Numbered from the stretch's first letter, positions 9,105 through 19,590 are shown. The stretch: DNA of 64,000 nt from Verrucomicrobiota bacterium (GCA_049513975.1 JBEKVM010000004.1:46311-110310); one strand, 5' to 3'. Translations and numbers: made by a program. The notes: generated by a model not told the origin, from the sequence alone.

Positions 9105-10436
9105 ATGAAAAAATTCTTCGCTTCGGTTGGTTTAGCCGCGCTTGGCGCGTCAACATTGCAGGCCCAATATGCCCCCGGCATCACGCCTGACCAAACAGCC
9201 AACCCGCGGGGCTGGTCGGTGGCCGCGGCGTTGCGCGGTTTTTATGACGACAACTACCTGACGCTGCCCAACGGGCTGGCGCGCTCCAGCTATGGCACGG
9301 AGGTGAGTCCATCGGCCACGTTCAACCACACTGTCAACAACACCACGATCACCCTCAGTTACGTATATGACTGGCGCTACTATGAAACGACCAGCACCTC
9401 GCAGTCGTCGCACCAATTCAACGGCGACGTAAAGCAGAACTTCTCCGAGCGCTTCAGCATGCGGGCCAGCGACTCCTTCGTCATCGCCCAGGAGCCGACG
9501 GTGATTGACACGGCGATCATTTCTTCCCCGTTGTACACCGAGGGGAACAATGTGCATAATACCGGCACGCTCTCTGCCACCGCCGGATTGACCCCCAAGC
9601 TGGATTTGCAGGCGAGCTACGCCAACAACCTTTACGCCTATGAGCAGACGTTCGGCGACGTTTACAATCCCAATCCGGCGGTAAATCCCCTGACGCCCAG
9701 CCGTTCGGCCATATTGGACCGGATGGAGCAACTGGCCACGCTGAATCTGAACTGGAAAATCCTGAGCGAACTGACCGGGGTTTTAGGCTATTCTTACGGG
9801 CATGTGGGTTACACCAGCCCGGAACCGATTATTTTCGCCGGGGCGCCACCCCAGACCTTTGGCAATCCGGCCAATGTATTAAGCAAGATCCGCGACAACG
9901 ATTCGCATTTCTTTTTTGTCGGGGCAGACGAGGCCTTTACGTCGCAATTGAACGGTTCCATCCGGGTGGGGGGCGAATATCTGGATTATTACAACGTGCA
10001 TTCGTCCGACACGTCGCCCTACGTGGACGCCAGCCTGACGTGGACGTACATGAAGGAATCTTACCTGCAGAGCGGGGTCATGCACCAACACAGCGCGACG
10101 GACGTGACGGGCGGAATCCCGCCCACCACGGGACCCAACGCGGGAAAGCCGGTCTTGGACGCGGAGACGACGGCGGCTTACCTGTCGGTGAACCAAAAGA
10201 TAGCCGGGGGATTCACCGGCGGCCTGCTGGGCCAGTTCCAGCACTCGGCGTTCAACGGAGGCACGGTGAACTCGGAATCGGAAGACTTCTTCATCGTGGG
10301 CATGAACTTTGCGTACCGTTTCACCCCGTATTTCGGAGCTGAAGCCGGATACAACTGGAACAAACTGGTGTCGGATGTTTCCGGCCGCGATTATACGCGC
10401 AACATGGTTTACCTCGGAGTCCGGGCCACATATTGA
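9105..10436 (+). CDS. Outer-membrane beta-barrel protein of polysaccharide-export loci (BBP2/EpsL-like)
   Basis: Signal peptide MKKFFASVGLAALGASTLQA; alternating beta-strand pattern; C-terminal YLGVRATY; lies just before wzc/wza. Confidence 0.72.
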   Translation: MKKFFASVGLAALGASTLQAQYAPGITPDQTANPRGWSVAAALRGFYDDNYLTLPNGLARSSYGTEVSPSATFNHTVNNTTITLSYVYDWRYYETTSTSQSSHQFNGDVKQNFSERFSMRASDSFVIAQEPTVIDTAIISSPLYTEGNNVHNTGTLSATAGLTPKLDLQASYANNLYAYEQTFGDVYNPNPAVNPLTPSRSAILDRMEQLATLNLNWKILSELTGVLGYSYGHVGYTSPEPIIFAGAPPQTFGNPANVLSKIRDNDSHFFFVGADEAFTSQLNGSIRVGGEYLDYYNVHSSDTSPYVDASLTWTYMKESYLQSGVMHQHSATDVTGGIPPTTGPNAGKPVLDAETTAAYLSVNQKIAGGFTGGLLGQFQHSAFNGGTVNSESEDFFIVGMNFAYRFTPYFGAEAGYNWNKLVSDVSGRDYTRNMVYLGVRATY

Positions 10437-10458
10437 ACATAAATTCGCGCTTTAGGTC

Positions 10459-10505
10459 AGAAAGCTAGAACGTAGCGAATGAGTACGCTCTAGCTTTCTT
10501 TTTTT
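10459..10505 (+). terminator. Intrinsic terminator-like hairpin immediately before wzc
   Basis: AGAAAGCTAGA (10459-10469) pairs with TCTAGCTTTCT (10489-10499), inner CGTA/TACG pairing, followed by a T run. Confidence 0.65.
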
Positions 10506-10508
10506 ATT

Positions 10509-12689
10509 ATGGATACCGCAGCAACAACAGACAGCCCGGTGGCGAGCCTCCATTTTTTGGACTACTGGCGGGTGATCCGGATGCGCAAGAGCCTGATTCT
10601 GACGGTTTTCCTGCTGTGCGTGATCACCAGTTCGATTCTGACCTATTGCCTGCCCAAGCAGTATTCCAGCACCGTCCGAATTGAGGTGCAGAAAGACGCG
10701 CCGGAGGTGAACATAATAGGGAACCAGGCCGGCCTGCAGAGCTGGGATCCTTACTACCTGACCACCCAGTTTCGCATCATCACCTCGTGGGGAATTCTGG
10801 ACACGGTGATCAGCAACCTGAATCTGCGGCATGTCTTTGCCGAGCAGGATCAGGCGGGGGAGGCGGACTGGACTCCGGACCAGGCTTACGGCTATTTGTA
10901 TAAGAGAGTCGGGGTTGACCAGACGCGCGGCACCAGCTTGATTGAAATTGCGGTCAGGAATTCCGACCCCAAATGGGCGGCGGACATCGCCAACAAAATT
11001 GCCGAGGTCTATAAGGAATACCGCAAGGCATCGTGGCTGGGCGACCGCAACCGGGGCATCGAAGGCCTGAGAGGGTCATTGATCACCAATCAGGCAGCGC
11101 TGCTCGTCAAGCAAACCAATTTGGACAACCTGCGCTCCAACTTGAACGTGACGGAGATGGAAAACAATCCCAACGCCCAGGCCTCCATTATTGTCGAAAC
11201 CATGCGGGCCCTGGAAAACCGCCGCATTGACGCGAGGTGGGATTACCAGGACCACTCCGACACCCAGAGCAATCTGTTGATCCTGCAGACCAACGGGCTT
11301 CTGCGTGAGGCGCTGGGGACGGCGATGTATCGCAACTTGGATCCCGAATTGGCCATCAAAGCCTCGGATCTCTCCCGCGCCAAGAATCAATTCACGGAGG
11401 CGCAGAACATGGGCTACGGCCCCGAACATCGCATGTATGTCACGGCGCTCAGGGATTTGGAGCAGGCCAGCAATGCCTATGAGGAAAAGATCAAAGGAAT
11501 CATGGTCGGTCTCGCCTCCCTGGTCAACCATGACCGGGGGCTGCTGGAATTGATCGAGAATGAAGAAAACCGCACGAAGGCGGATGCCATCCAGGAAGCC
11601 ATTTCCAACCGCGACTACGTCTCGGCCAAGCGCGATCTGGAAAACACCCAGCGGGTGGTGGATGATTTACACCGGCTCTTGATTGAACAAGAGGCGGAAG
11701 CCAAACAGCCGACCGAACGCTCCGTCGTCGTGCATGACCCGGCCCGGATGAACAAAAGCCCCGTCAGCCCCAAACCGTTCATCATCATACCGGTCGGAAT
11801 CGTCATGGGTCTGGTGGTCGGGCTGGGCATGGCCTTCTTCGTCGAATACCTGGATACCAGTGTCAAGACCATTGATGATGTGGAGCGTTCGCTGCAAGCG
11901 CCGGTGCTGGGAGTCATTCCCCAGAACGTGGGCAATGTGCTGGACGACGGGCCGGAAAGCCCGCACGCGGAGGCCTACCGGGTCTTGCGCACCAATCTTT
12001 TGTTCGGGCGCAAGAATGAAGACTGGACCACGATAACGGTGCTGAGCGGCGGGGCCGGGGAAGGCAAAACCACCACCCTGTTCAACCTGGCCACCGTCTT
12101 TGCCCAGAACGGCCAGCGCATTTTGATTGTGGATTCGGACTTGCGCCGCCCGAGCATTCACCGGATGCTGCGCGCCAGCAACACCACCGGGCTGACCGAT
12201 TTGCTCCTCAACAAACAGATCACCCTCGAACAAGTGATCCAGAAGACCAAGCTGCCCACCCTGGATTTTCTGCCCAGCGGCAAGCTGCCCAGCAGTTCCA
12301 TGAGCATTTTGGGTTCCGTGCAGATGAAAGAAATTGTCCGCGACCTCAAGCGCCGTTACGACTTTATCTTCTTCGATTCCCCACCGCTGCTGGGCGTGAG
12401 CGATGCCTCCATCCTGGCGAGCGAAATGGACATGGTGCTGCAAGTCATCCAGTACCGGCGTTACCCGCAGCCCATGACGTTGCGGGCCAAGCAGATGATC
12501 CAAAAAGTGGGCGGCAACCTTTTGGGCCTGGTGCTCAACAACATCAACATGAGCCAGGATGAGAATTATTACTATTACAGCGGTTACTACGAGTACGAAT
12601 ACCGGTCTTCCAGAAACGAGCCGACCGTGGTGCAACTCAGCGACGCCGCGGCCAAAGCGGCCAAAATAGACATCAAACAGAAGTATTGA
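10509..12689 (+). CDS. wzc: Polysaccharide co-polymerase / BY-kinase (Wzc/GumC-CapB)
   Basis: Two TMs flanking a coiled-coil periplasmic region, AEAYRVLRTNL, Walker A GAGEGKTT, DSDLRRP, DSPP, C-terminal Tyr cluster NYYYYSGYYEYEY. Confidence 0.95.
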   Translation: MDTAATTDSPVASLHFLDYWRVIRMRKSLILTVFLLCVITSSILTYCLPKQYSSTVRIEVQKDAPEVNIIGNQAGLQSWDPYYLTTQFRIITSWGILDTVISNLNLRHVFAEQDQAGEADWTPDQAYGYLYKRVGVDQTRGTSLIEIAVRNSDPKWAADIANKIAEVYKEYRKASWLGDRNRGIEGLRGSLITNQAALLVKQTNLDNLRSNLNVTEMENNPNAQASIIVETMRALENRRIDARWDYQDHSDTQSNLLILQTNGLLREALGTAMYRNLDPELAIKASDLSRAKNQFTEAQNMGYGPEHRMYVTALRDLEQASNAYEEKIKGIMVGLASLVNHDRGLLELIENEENRTKADAIQEAISNRDYVSAKRDLENTQRVVDDLHRLLIEQEAEAKQPTERSVVVHDPARMNKSPVSPKPFIIIPVGIVMGLVVGLGMAFFVEYLDTSVKTIDDVERSLQAPVLGVIPQNVGNVLDDGPESPHAEAYRVLRTNLLFGRKNEDWTTITVLSGGAGEGKTTTLFNLATVFAQNGQRILIVDSDLRRPSIHRMLRASNTTGLTDLLLNKQITLEQVIQKTKLPTLDFLPSGKLPSSSMSILGSVQMKEIVRDLKRRYDFIFFDSPPLLGVSDASILASEMDMVLQVIQYRRYPQPMTLRAKQMIQKVGGNLLGLVLNNINMSQDENYYYYSGYYEYEYRSSRNEPTVVQLSDAAAKAAKIDIKQKY

Positions 12690-12734
12690 GAACCGTGCTG
12701 AGAACCGTCTTCCATGTGACGCAAGTGTATCTGT

Positions 12735-13406
12735 ATGAGATTGTTACAACGTAGTGTCCGACCTTGCAAGGGGCTGGCTGCATGGGCTGCCATCGCCCTG
12801 GCCGTGACGGGTTGTGTGCCAACCACGCCACAACCCAAGGATGGCAATGCCGGGACGAATGCGATGGCCCAACCGCCAGATCCGACCAAGACCAAGATGA
12901 TTCCACTCCAACTGGGTGATAGCATCCAGGTGGAATTGACCGGCACCCCGACGCAAATCCTGCCCAAGAGCATGGTTCTTTCGGGAGATGGCAACATCAC
13001 CCTGGAAGATCTGCCGGCTCCCATCGCGGCGCTTGGGAAAACGCCCAACGAACTGCAGGACATCATTCGGAGCAATTACGTGCCGCGCATCTACAAAAGC
13101 GTGACGGTGACCGTCACCGTCGGCACGCGCTATTTTACGGTGAGCGGCGACATTAATTCGAATACCCAATCAAAGCAGACATATACCGGTTACACCACCG
13201 TCCTGGCCGCCATCGGCGCCGCGGGCGGTTTCACCGATTTTGCGGCCAGATACCGGGTGATATTGACGCGGCAAGACGGAACGATTTACAAAGTGGACTG
13301 CAACAAAGCCTTGAAGGATCCGAAACTGGACCTGGAGGTTTTGCCGGGCGACAAAATCTTCGTGGATAAGCGGACACTGTGGGACGTGATGAGCGGGAAG
13401 AGATAG
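12735..13406 (+). CDS. wza: Polysaccharide export lipoprotein (Wza/Poly_export + SLBB)
   Basis: Lipobox AVTGC, LGDSIQV, DGNITL, AAGGFTDFA, LPGDKIFV. Confidence 0.88.
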   Translation: MRLLQRSVRPCKGLAAWAAIALAVTGCVPTTPQPKDGNAGTNAMAQPPDPTKTKMIPLQLGDSIQVELTGTPTQILPKSMVLSGDGNITLEDLPAPIAALGKTPNELQDIIRSNYVPRIYKSVTVTVTVGTRYFTVSGDINSNTQSKQTYTGYTTVLAAIGAAGGFTDFAARYRVILTRQDGTIYKVDCNKALKDPKLDLEVLPGDKIFVDKRTLWDVMSGKR

Positions 13407-13451
13407 AGCATTTTCATGAAAACTGCAGCCTCACGGAAGCCGACCGAACGG

Positions 13452-13492
13452 CCTCCTCTCCCCGGCCCTCTCCTCCAGAGGAGGAGAGGGAG
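13452..13492. repeat. REP-like palindrome, CCCTCTCC family
   Basis: CCCTCTCCTCC-AGA-GGAGGAGAGGG perfect 11-bp stem. Confidence 0.75.
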
Positions 13493-13576
13493 GAGCTTCC
13501 TTTTGGCTGCATCATTTTTTAATCCGCTCTAGCCGGACGCCGCTGCCACGCCATCAACGCCGCGCCGCCGGTTGCC

Positions 13577-13963
13577 ATGGTTCAACTTCAAATTCTGTCG
13601 GGGAAAAAAGCGGGCGGACAATTCACCGCCTCGCGCCTGCCCATGCAGATCGGCCGCGCGGCCGGGTCGGACCTGTGCCTGGAGGAGCCGGGAGTCTGGC
13701 CCCGGCACTTCCAGATCACGCGCCAGGGGCGGGATTTGGTTTGCCGGGCCGAACCCAATGCCCTGCTCTCCGTTAACGGCGTCCAAGTTGACCAGGCCGT
13801 CTTGCGCAACGGCGATGTCATTTCCATTGGCGCCCTGAAGATTCAATTTGCCTTGTCACCGGTCCGTCAATCCAGCCCGCGTGCGCGCGAATGGCTGACT
13901 TGGGCCGGGTTGGCGCTGCTCTGCCTCGGCCAGGCCGTCCTCATCTACCGCCTCATGCGGTGA
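13577..13963 (+). CDS. FHA-domain membrane protein
   Basis: [30 protein letters not shown] pattern plus C-terminal TM; canonical S in SxxH replaced by W. Confidence 0.8.
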   Translation: MVQLQILSGKKAGGQFTASRLPMQIGRAAGSDLCLEEPGVWPRHFQITRQGRDLVCRAEPNALLSVNGVQVDQAVLRNGDVISIGALKIQFALSPVRQSSPRAREWLTWAGLALLCLGQAVLIYRLMR

Positions 13964-13972
13964 CGTCCCGGT

Positions 13973-15568
13973 TCAATGGCGGAAATGGCGGGTGCCGGTG
14001 AAGGCCATCGCCATGTTCCGCTCGTCGGCGGCAGCGATCACTTCCGCATCCCGCATGGAGCCGCCGGGCTGAATGGCGGCGGTGGCGCCGGCTTCGGCCG
14101 CGGCCACCAAGCCGTCCGCAAAGGGGAAAAAGGCGTCGCTGCAAACCGCGCTGCCCGCCAGGGAAAGGCCGGCCTCCTTGGCCTTCCACACCGCCAGGCG
14201 GCTGGCATCCACCCGGCTCATCTGCCCGGCGCCGATGCCCAGGGTCCGGTCCGGCCCGGCAAAGACAATGGCGTTGGATTTGACATGCTTGGCCACCCGC
14301 CAGCCAAACTGCATCGCCCGCCGCTCGGCGTCCGAGGGCTGCCGCCGCGTCACGACTTTGAATTCTTCGCCCGCCGCCCCCGGGCGGTCGCATTCCTGCG
14401 CCAGCACGGAATCGCCGGCCACGCCGCGCAATTCCCAGGCGCGGGCCGCCGCCGGCCATTGCAGCACCCGGAGCAAACGCAGGTTTTTCTTCTTCCGCAA
14501 CAGGTCCAGCGCCTCGGGGGCGAAATCCGGGGCGAGAATGACTTCGCTGAAAATCTCCGAGATGGCGCCAGCGCAGGGCAAATCCAGCGTCTGGTTGACG
14601 GCGATGATGCCGCCGAAGGGGGCGTGCCGGTCGGTGGCAAAGGCCTTCTCCCAGGCCTCGCGCAAGGTGGTCCCCTGCCCTGCCCCGCAGGGATTGGTGT
14701 GCTTGAGGATGACCAGAGCCGGCCCCTCCCCGGCGAATTCCTCCGCCAGCCGCGCCGCCGCCGTCAAGTCAAGTATATTATTGTAGGAGAGCTCCTTGCC
14801 GTGCAATTGCCGGAAATATTCCGCGAACCGGCCGTAGAGGACGGCGCGCTGGTGTGGGTTTTCCCCGTAACGCAACGCCTGCGCCTGCGGCAGGTCCAAT
14901 TGGAGCCGCGCCGGCCACGAGGGGTCCGGCGGCGGGGCCGCGACGCCCAAGGCCCCGGCCGGCTCCGCCGCGGGCACGCCAAAGGTCCGGGCCAGGAACG
15001 CCGCGATCTGCCCGTCGTAGGCGGAGGTGCGGGCAAAGGCGCGCACGGCCAGGCGGCGGCGCAACTCCGGGGTGGTGTTGCCGGTGGCGGTGATTTGCGC
15101 GGCGACCTCGGCGTAATCGGATGGGTCCATCACCACCGTGACACTTTCGTGGTTCTTGGACGCGCTGCGCAACATGGAAGGTCCGCCGATGTCAATGTTT
15201 TCAATCGCCTCGGCCAGGGTCACGTTGGGACGCGCCACGGTTTGCTCGAAGGGATAAAGGTTCACCACCACCAGGTCAATCGGTTTGATGTCGTGCTTGC
15301 GCGCGGCGGCTTCATGGCCCGGATGGCCCCGCAGGAAGAGCAGGCCGCCGTGGATGCGCGGATGGAGGGTTTTGACGCGGCCATCCATCATTTCGGGAAA
15401 TTCCGTGTAGGCGCTCAGGTCGCTGACCATGATGCCGTGCTCGCGCAGGGCCTTGGCGGTGCCGCCGGTGGAAATCAGTTCGATGTCCGCGGCGGCGAGC
15501 GCCTGGGCGAAGGGGATCAGCCCGGTTTTGTCGAACACGGAAAGGAGCGCGCGTTGAATCTTTGCCAT
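13973..15568 (-). CDS. purH: Bifunctional AICAR transformylase/IMP cyclohydrolase
   Basis: [64 protein letters not shown]. Confidence 0.98.
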   Translation of the reverse strand: MAKIQRALLSVFDKTGLIPFAQALAAADIELISTGGTAKALREHGIMVSDLSAYTEFPEMMDGRVKTLHPRIHGGLLFLRGHPGHEAAARKHDIKPIDLVVVNLYPFEQTVARPNVTLAEAIENIDIGGPSMLRSASKNHESVTVVMDPSDYAEVAAQITATGNTTPELRRRLAVRAFARTSAYDGQIAAFLARTFGVPAAEPAGALGVAAPPPDPSWPARLQLDLPQAQALRYGENPHQRAVLYGRFAEYFRQLHGKELSYNNILDLTAAARLAEEFAGEGPALVILKHTNPCGAGQGTTLREAWEKAFATDRHAPFGGIIAVNQTLDLPCAGAISEIFSEVILAPDFAPEALDLLRKKKNLRLLRVLQWPAAARAWELRGVAGDSVLAQECDRPGAAGEEFKVVTRRQPSDAERRAMQFGWRVAKHVKSNAIVFAGPDRTLGIGAGQMSRVDASRLAVWKAKEAGLSLAGSAVCSDAFFPFADGLVAAAEAGATAAIQPGGSMRDAEVIAAADERNMAMAFTGTRHFRH

Positions 15569-15774
15569 AAACGCGGCTCACTTTTGCACAAGCTGCCGCG
15601 GAGTCAACTGATTTGCGATGAAATCAGCACGGCCTCATGGGTGGGTCAGCAAAGGCAGGGCGGGCATTCCGCTGACCGCCGTCGGGCCTTCGCAGAGAAA
15701 TCCACGCCGCACTACCGTCGTACGGCGGGCAGAGGACTGCCCGCCCTACCACCCATCACCGACGCATTTTGAAA

Positions 15775-17064
15775 TCAGGCGCGGCGGCGCAGGGCGGCCA
15801 CGTAGGCGCCGTCCACACCATCGGCAAAGGGCAGCAATTGCCGCTGGCTTTCCAGCGTGAATTCACCGTGTTCGGCGAGAAATTCCCGCGTCACGCTTTC
15901 GTTTTCCTCCGGTTCCAGGCTGCATGTGCTGTAAACCAGCCGGCCCCCCGGCTTGAGCTGGGCGGCGGCCTGCCGCAGCAGCGCCCCCTGCTCCCGGCGC
16001 AACCGGGCCAGTTCTTCCGCCCGGATTCTCCAGCGCAGATCCACCCGCCGCCGCAACACGCCGCTGTTGGAGCAGGGCACATCCACCAGAATCCGGTCGA
16101 ACGGAGCCGCCGCCGCCGGGCCGCCCGCCGCGGTTTCCACGCAAGCCACCCCCAGGCGCGCGCAATTCTCCAGGAGGCGCCGCAACCGTTGCGGCTGGGG
16201 GTCCTGCGCCAGGATGTGGCCGCGATTGTCCATGCGCTGGGCCAGGAAGGTGGTTTTGCCGCCGGGCGCGGCGCAAAGATCCAGGATGTTCTCGCCCGGC
16301 TGCGGGTTCAACTCGGCCACGGCCAGAAGCGTGCTGGGATCCTGCACATAAAAAAAGCCCCGCTGAAAATCATCCCACTCCGCCAGGCTGGGATGCGATT
16401 GCAATTCGAACACCAGGTTTTCTCCGGTCCAATCCCACTGCCGGGCAGCGAACCCGATGCCTTGAGTCTTCCAGCGCGCGGTGAGCGTGGCGGCATCGGT
16501 CTTCAAAAGATTCAGCCGCGCGAAGGTTGGAGGCGGCGCATTGTTCCACTCCAGCAATTGGGCGGTTTTCTCCGGTCTCCAGCGCGCCTGCCAGCGTTCC
16601 ACCAGCCAGTCCGGATGCGAATAACCGACGGCCGGGTCCTGTTTTTTCAGGGCCAGCAGTTGGGCGGCGAGGGCCGCCTGCTCGCGCAAACAGCCGCGCA
16701 AGACGGCGTTCAAAAAACCCGCTTTCGCGCCGCAACCCATGCGCTTGGCCACCTCCACCGTCTCATGCACCGCCGCGTGGGCCGGGATGCGTTGCAGCCA
16801 AAAGATCTGATAAAGCCCCAGCCGCAACCAGACTTGCACGCCGCCCGTCTGCGGCCGTCCGTTGGTTTTGCGCGCGATGAGCCAGTCCAGCGCCCGCTCC
16901 CACCGCACGATGCCATAAACCAGTTCCTGGCAGAGCGCCCGGTCCAGCCGCGAGAGGGCGGCGCCGGCCAGTTCCTGTTCCAGGAGCGTTTCCACATAGT
17001 CCGGGCTGATCGGACGGCGGCGCAAAACACGGGCGGCAATTTGTCTTGGACTTTCTGGCGTCAC
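15775..17064 (-). CDS. rsmB: 16S rRNA m5C967 methyltransferase (NusB-like + SAM domain)
   Basis: LRLGLYQ..IPAHAAVHETV, YVQDPS, DLCAAPGGKT, DVPCSNSG, YSTCS. Confidence 0.95.
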   Translation of the reverse strand: MTPESPRQIAARVLRRRPISPDYVETLLEQELAGAALSRLDRALCQELVYGIVRWERALDWLIARKTNGRPQTGGVQVWLRLGLYQIFWLQRIPAHAAVHETVEVAKRMGCGAKAGFLNAVLRGCLREQAALAAQLLALKKQDPAVGYSHPDWLVERWQARWRPEKTAQLLEWNNAPPPTFARLNLLKTDAATLTARWKTQGIGFAARQWDWTGENLVFELQSHPSLAEWDDFQRGFFYVQDPSTLLAVAELNPQPGENILDLCAAPGGKTTFLAQRMDNRGHILAQDPQPQRLRRLLENCARLGVACVETAAGGPAAAAPFDRILVDVPCSNSGVLRRRVDLRWRIRAEELARLRREQGALLRQAAAQLKPGGRLVYSTCSLEPEENESVTREFLAEHGEFTLESQRQLLPFADGVDGAYVAALRRRA

Positions 17065-17106
17065 AACCTAATAATGAGGCAGGTTTATGGACTGTTGGAA
17101 TTAGCA

Positions 17107-18957
17107 ATGAAAGAAGAATTTGAAAAACTGGTCGCCGCCGGAAAGCTCAGCCGCCAGCACGTCGAACCCCTCCTCCTCCTCACCGAGGGCGGATTTTGTT
17201 ATCATCGCAGTTGGGGATTTGGCAAAATCACCGCCACGGACTGGGTATTTGCCCGGCTGGCCATTGATTTCCAATCCAAAGCCGGCCACACCATGGACAT
17301 GGCCTTCGCCGCCGAAACCCTCAAACCGATCGGCAAGGAGCATATCTACGCCCGCAAGGCTTCGGACATGGGCGTGCTGCGCGAAATGGCGGCGTTGAAT
17401 CATGTGGACTTGATCAAGCTGGTGCTGCGCAGCTTCGGCGACCGGGCCACCGCGGACCAAATCCAGCAAGTCCTCGTCCCCGATGTCATCAAGGACGACT
17501 GGAAGAAATGGTGGGAAGCCGCCCGGCGCGAACTCAAGAAGGACGGCCATTTCCAGGTGCCGCTTAAAAAGACCGAGCCGGTCATATACCAGGTCAAGGA
17601 AGTCTCCCTGCAAAGCCGCCTGCTGGCCGAATTCCACGCGGCCAAAGGGTTGAAAGCCCGCCTCAATGTCGCCCATGACGTGCTCCGCAATCTTTCCGAT
17701 ATGGACGACCGGGCGGCGGCGGCCAAGGAAGTCATTCTCGGTTTGAACGCCGAAATTGCCACGCATCAGCGCACCCAGCCTGCCGTCGCCCTGGAAGCCA
17801 TTTTCATCCGCGATGAACTCCGCGGCGCGGTCGAGCTGCCGCCCGGCGAAGGAGAAATCACCGCCCTGGCCATCTGGGTGCAGGAATCGGCCCGCATCGG
17901 CCCGCTGCTGGAACTCATCCCGGCGGGCAAGCACCGGCACGCCCTGGAATCGTTCAAGAAATCGTTGACTGAAAAATGGCCGGACGCCCTGCTGGGCGCC
18001 CTGAACCATGTTTCGGCCAAGCTGGCCGGGGAAGTGGCCCACGCCTTGATTGACGGCGGCAAATGGGAGCAGTTCAAGGAACTGCTGGCCCGGCTCATCA
18101 GCCAGCACCAAGCCGGCAGCCAGCTTCTCCTCTGGCTGGCCAAGGACGCCAAAGAACACTCCGATTCCTTCGCCGACATCCTCGGCCCGGAAGTCTTTCG
18201 CGCCATGCTCACCGCCATGGAGCGCGACCAGTTCAACGAAAAGCGCTCCAACAAACTGCGCGATTATATTCTGGACGATCCCACCCTGCTGGTCGAACTG
18301 ATCGGCTCGGCCGACCTGGAGGTCATCAAGGATCTGACCCGCGCGCTCCAGCTCTCCCCTTGCTTCGACGACATGGACAAGCGTTCCCTCCTGGCCCGCA
18401 TTGTCAAGAGCTACCCGGCCGTGCAAACCATGATTTCCGGCGAGCAATCCAAATCGGAAAAGGCCGAATCCGCCTTGGTGGTTTCCTGGGAAAGCCTGGA
18501 GCGGCGCAAGAACGAGTACGCCGAACTGGTGCAAAAGGCCATACCGGCCAACTCCAAGGAAATTGCCATCGCCCGCAGCTACGGGGACTTGCGCGAAAAC
18601 CACGAATTCAAGGCGGCCAAGGAAATGCAAAAAATCCTCATGCGCCGCAAGGGCGAACTGGAGAACCAAATTGTCCGCGCCCGCGGGAGCGACTTCGCCA
18701 ACCCCCGCACCGACGTCGTCAGCATTGGCGACGTCGTCGCCGTGACGGATCTGGAGCACAACCACGCCGAGCATTTCACCATCCTGGGCGCGTGGGACTC
18801 CGATCCGGACAAAGGCGTTATCAGCTACCTCACCGCCGTGGGCCAGGCCCTGCTCAACACCAAGCCCGGCCAGGAGGTGGAAGTCCCCGCGCAAGGCGGC
18901 AAAAAGCGCTACCGCGTAGATTCCATCACTGCTTTTAAACCCGCTGCGGCAGGGTGA
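17107..18957 (+). CDS. greA: GreA/GreB transcription elongation factor, long PVC-type form with about 450-aa N-terminal extension
   Basis: C-terminal IAIARSYGDLRENHEFKAAKE and TILGAWDSDPDKGVISYL; true start ATG 17107 (the upstream part of the tracked ORF is antisense to rsmB). Confidence 0.9.
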   Translation: MKEEFEKLVAAGKLSRQHVEPLLLLTEGGFCYHRSWGFGKITATDWVFARLAIDFQSKAGHTMDMAFAAETLKPIGKEHIYARKASDMGVLREMAALNHVDLIKLVLRSFGDRATADQIQQVLVPDVIKDDWKKWWEAARRELKKDGHFQVPLKKTEPVIYQVKEVSLQSRLLAEFHAAKGLKARLNVAHDVLRNLSDMDDRAAAAKEVILGLNAEIATHQRTQPAVALEAIFIRDELRGAVELPPGEGEITALAIWVQESARIGPLLELIPAGKHRHALESFKKSLTEKWPDALLGALNHVSAKLAGEVAHALIDGGKWEQFKELLARLISQHQAGSQLLLWLAKDAKEHSDSFADILGPEVFRAMLTAMERDQFNEKRSNKLRDYILDDPTLLVELIGSADLEVIKDLTRALQLSPCFDDMDKRSLLARIVKSYPAVQTMISGEQSKSEKAESALVVSWESLERRKNEYAELVQKAIPANSKEIAIARSYGDLRENHEFKAAKEMQKILMRRKGELENQIVRARGSDFANPRTDVVSIGDVVAVTDLEHNHAEHFTILGAWDSDPDKGVISYLTAVGQALLNTKPGQEVEVPAQGGKKRYRVDSITAFKPAAAG

Positions 18958-19041
18958 GACTCCGTCGAGCTTAAACTTGGTTTTCTTTCTCTGTTCTCCG
19001 TGCCCTCCGTGTTCTCCTGTTGAAAAACCCCAAACCAGCCC

Positions 19042-19069
19042 TTGACAAAACTGGATTAAATGCTAATTT
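19042..19069 (+). promoter_or_regulatory. Sigma-70 promoter
   Basis: TTGACA, 16-bp spacer, TGc-TAATTT (extended -10). Confidence 0.65.
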
Positions 19070-19094
19070 TGCATAGTTATGAGGGCGGTTGAGA

Positions 19095-19150
19095 TGGAGT
19101 GCGGGAGTTTGCTCCAGCTTGCGCAAAGCGGCGGCAAGCCGCCGCACTCC
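19095..19150. repeat. REP-like inverted pair, GGAGTGCGG/CCGCACTCC family
   Basis: TGGAGTGCGG...CCGCACTCCA; further copies at about 19382-19512, 33670-33770 and 34860-34958. Confidence 0.8.
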
Positions 19151-19590
19151 AAAAAGTCAGCGGTTCTATTCCGCACTGACCGCTGTGGCGGGCGTTCCAC
19201 CGCTCAAAACCGCCCTTTCCCACCGTGACCCATCAAACCAAATCAAACCAAATCAAAGTGTTTTTTATGTGTCCGGCTTGTGAAAAGCGTCAAAGTTTCC
19301 CCCCAAAGTTTTGGGCGTTCGAGAGGTTAAGGTTGTAAGACAGAATTTTCCAAATTGGGCGAAAAAACCTGTGTCCAGGCCAAAGCGGGACTGGCGTCCC
19401 GCACTCCACGACGCTTCGCGTTCAGGGCGCGCGGCCGATGTGCCGACAGGTCATGGAGTGCGGGCGCGACAGCGCCGCTTTCGCAAAGCGGCGGCAAGCG
19501 GCCGCGCTCCAAAAAATCGCCGCAGTAGCCGTGCCAGCAACCTTGCCAAGCCGGGCCGGAACGGTAGAATCCCGCAGTCCTGTTAATCCT

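Noticed and set aside
4363-13406. Calling the EPS locus a PEP-CTERM/exosortase system
   Set aside because: No exosortase and no PEP-CTERM tail in the window; only the gene order is similar.
13976-15772. 598-aa plus-strand ORF
   Set aside because: Antisense to purH.
15769-17106. Apparent 446-aa N-terminal extension making GreA 1062 aa
   Set aside because: Overlaps rsmB on the opposite strand; the real start is ATG 17107.
19331-19345. GGTTGTAAGACAGAA after TTAA, resembling an IS end
   Set aside because: No partner inverted repeat or transposase found; at most a solo remnant.
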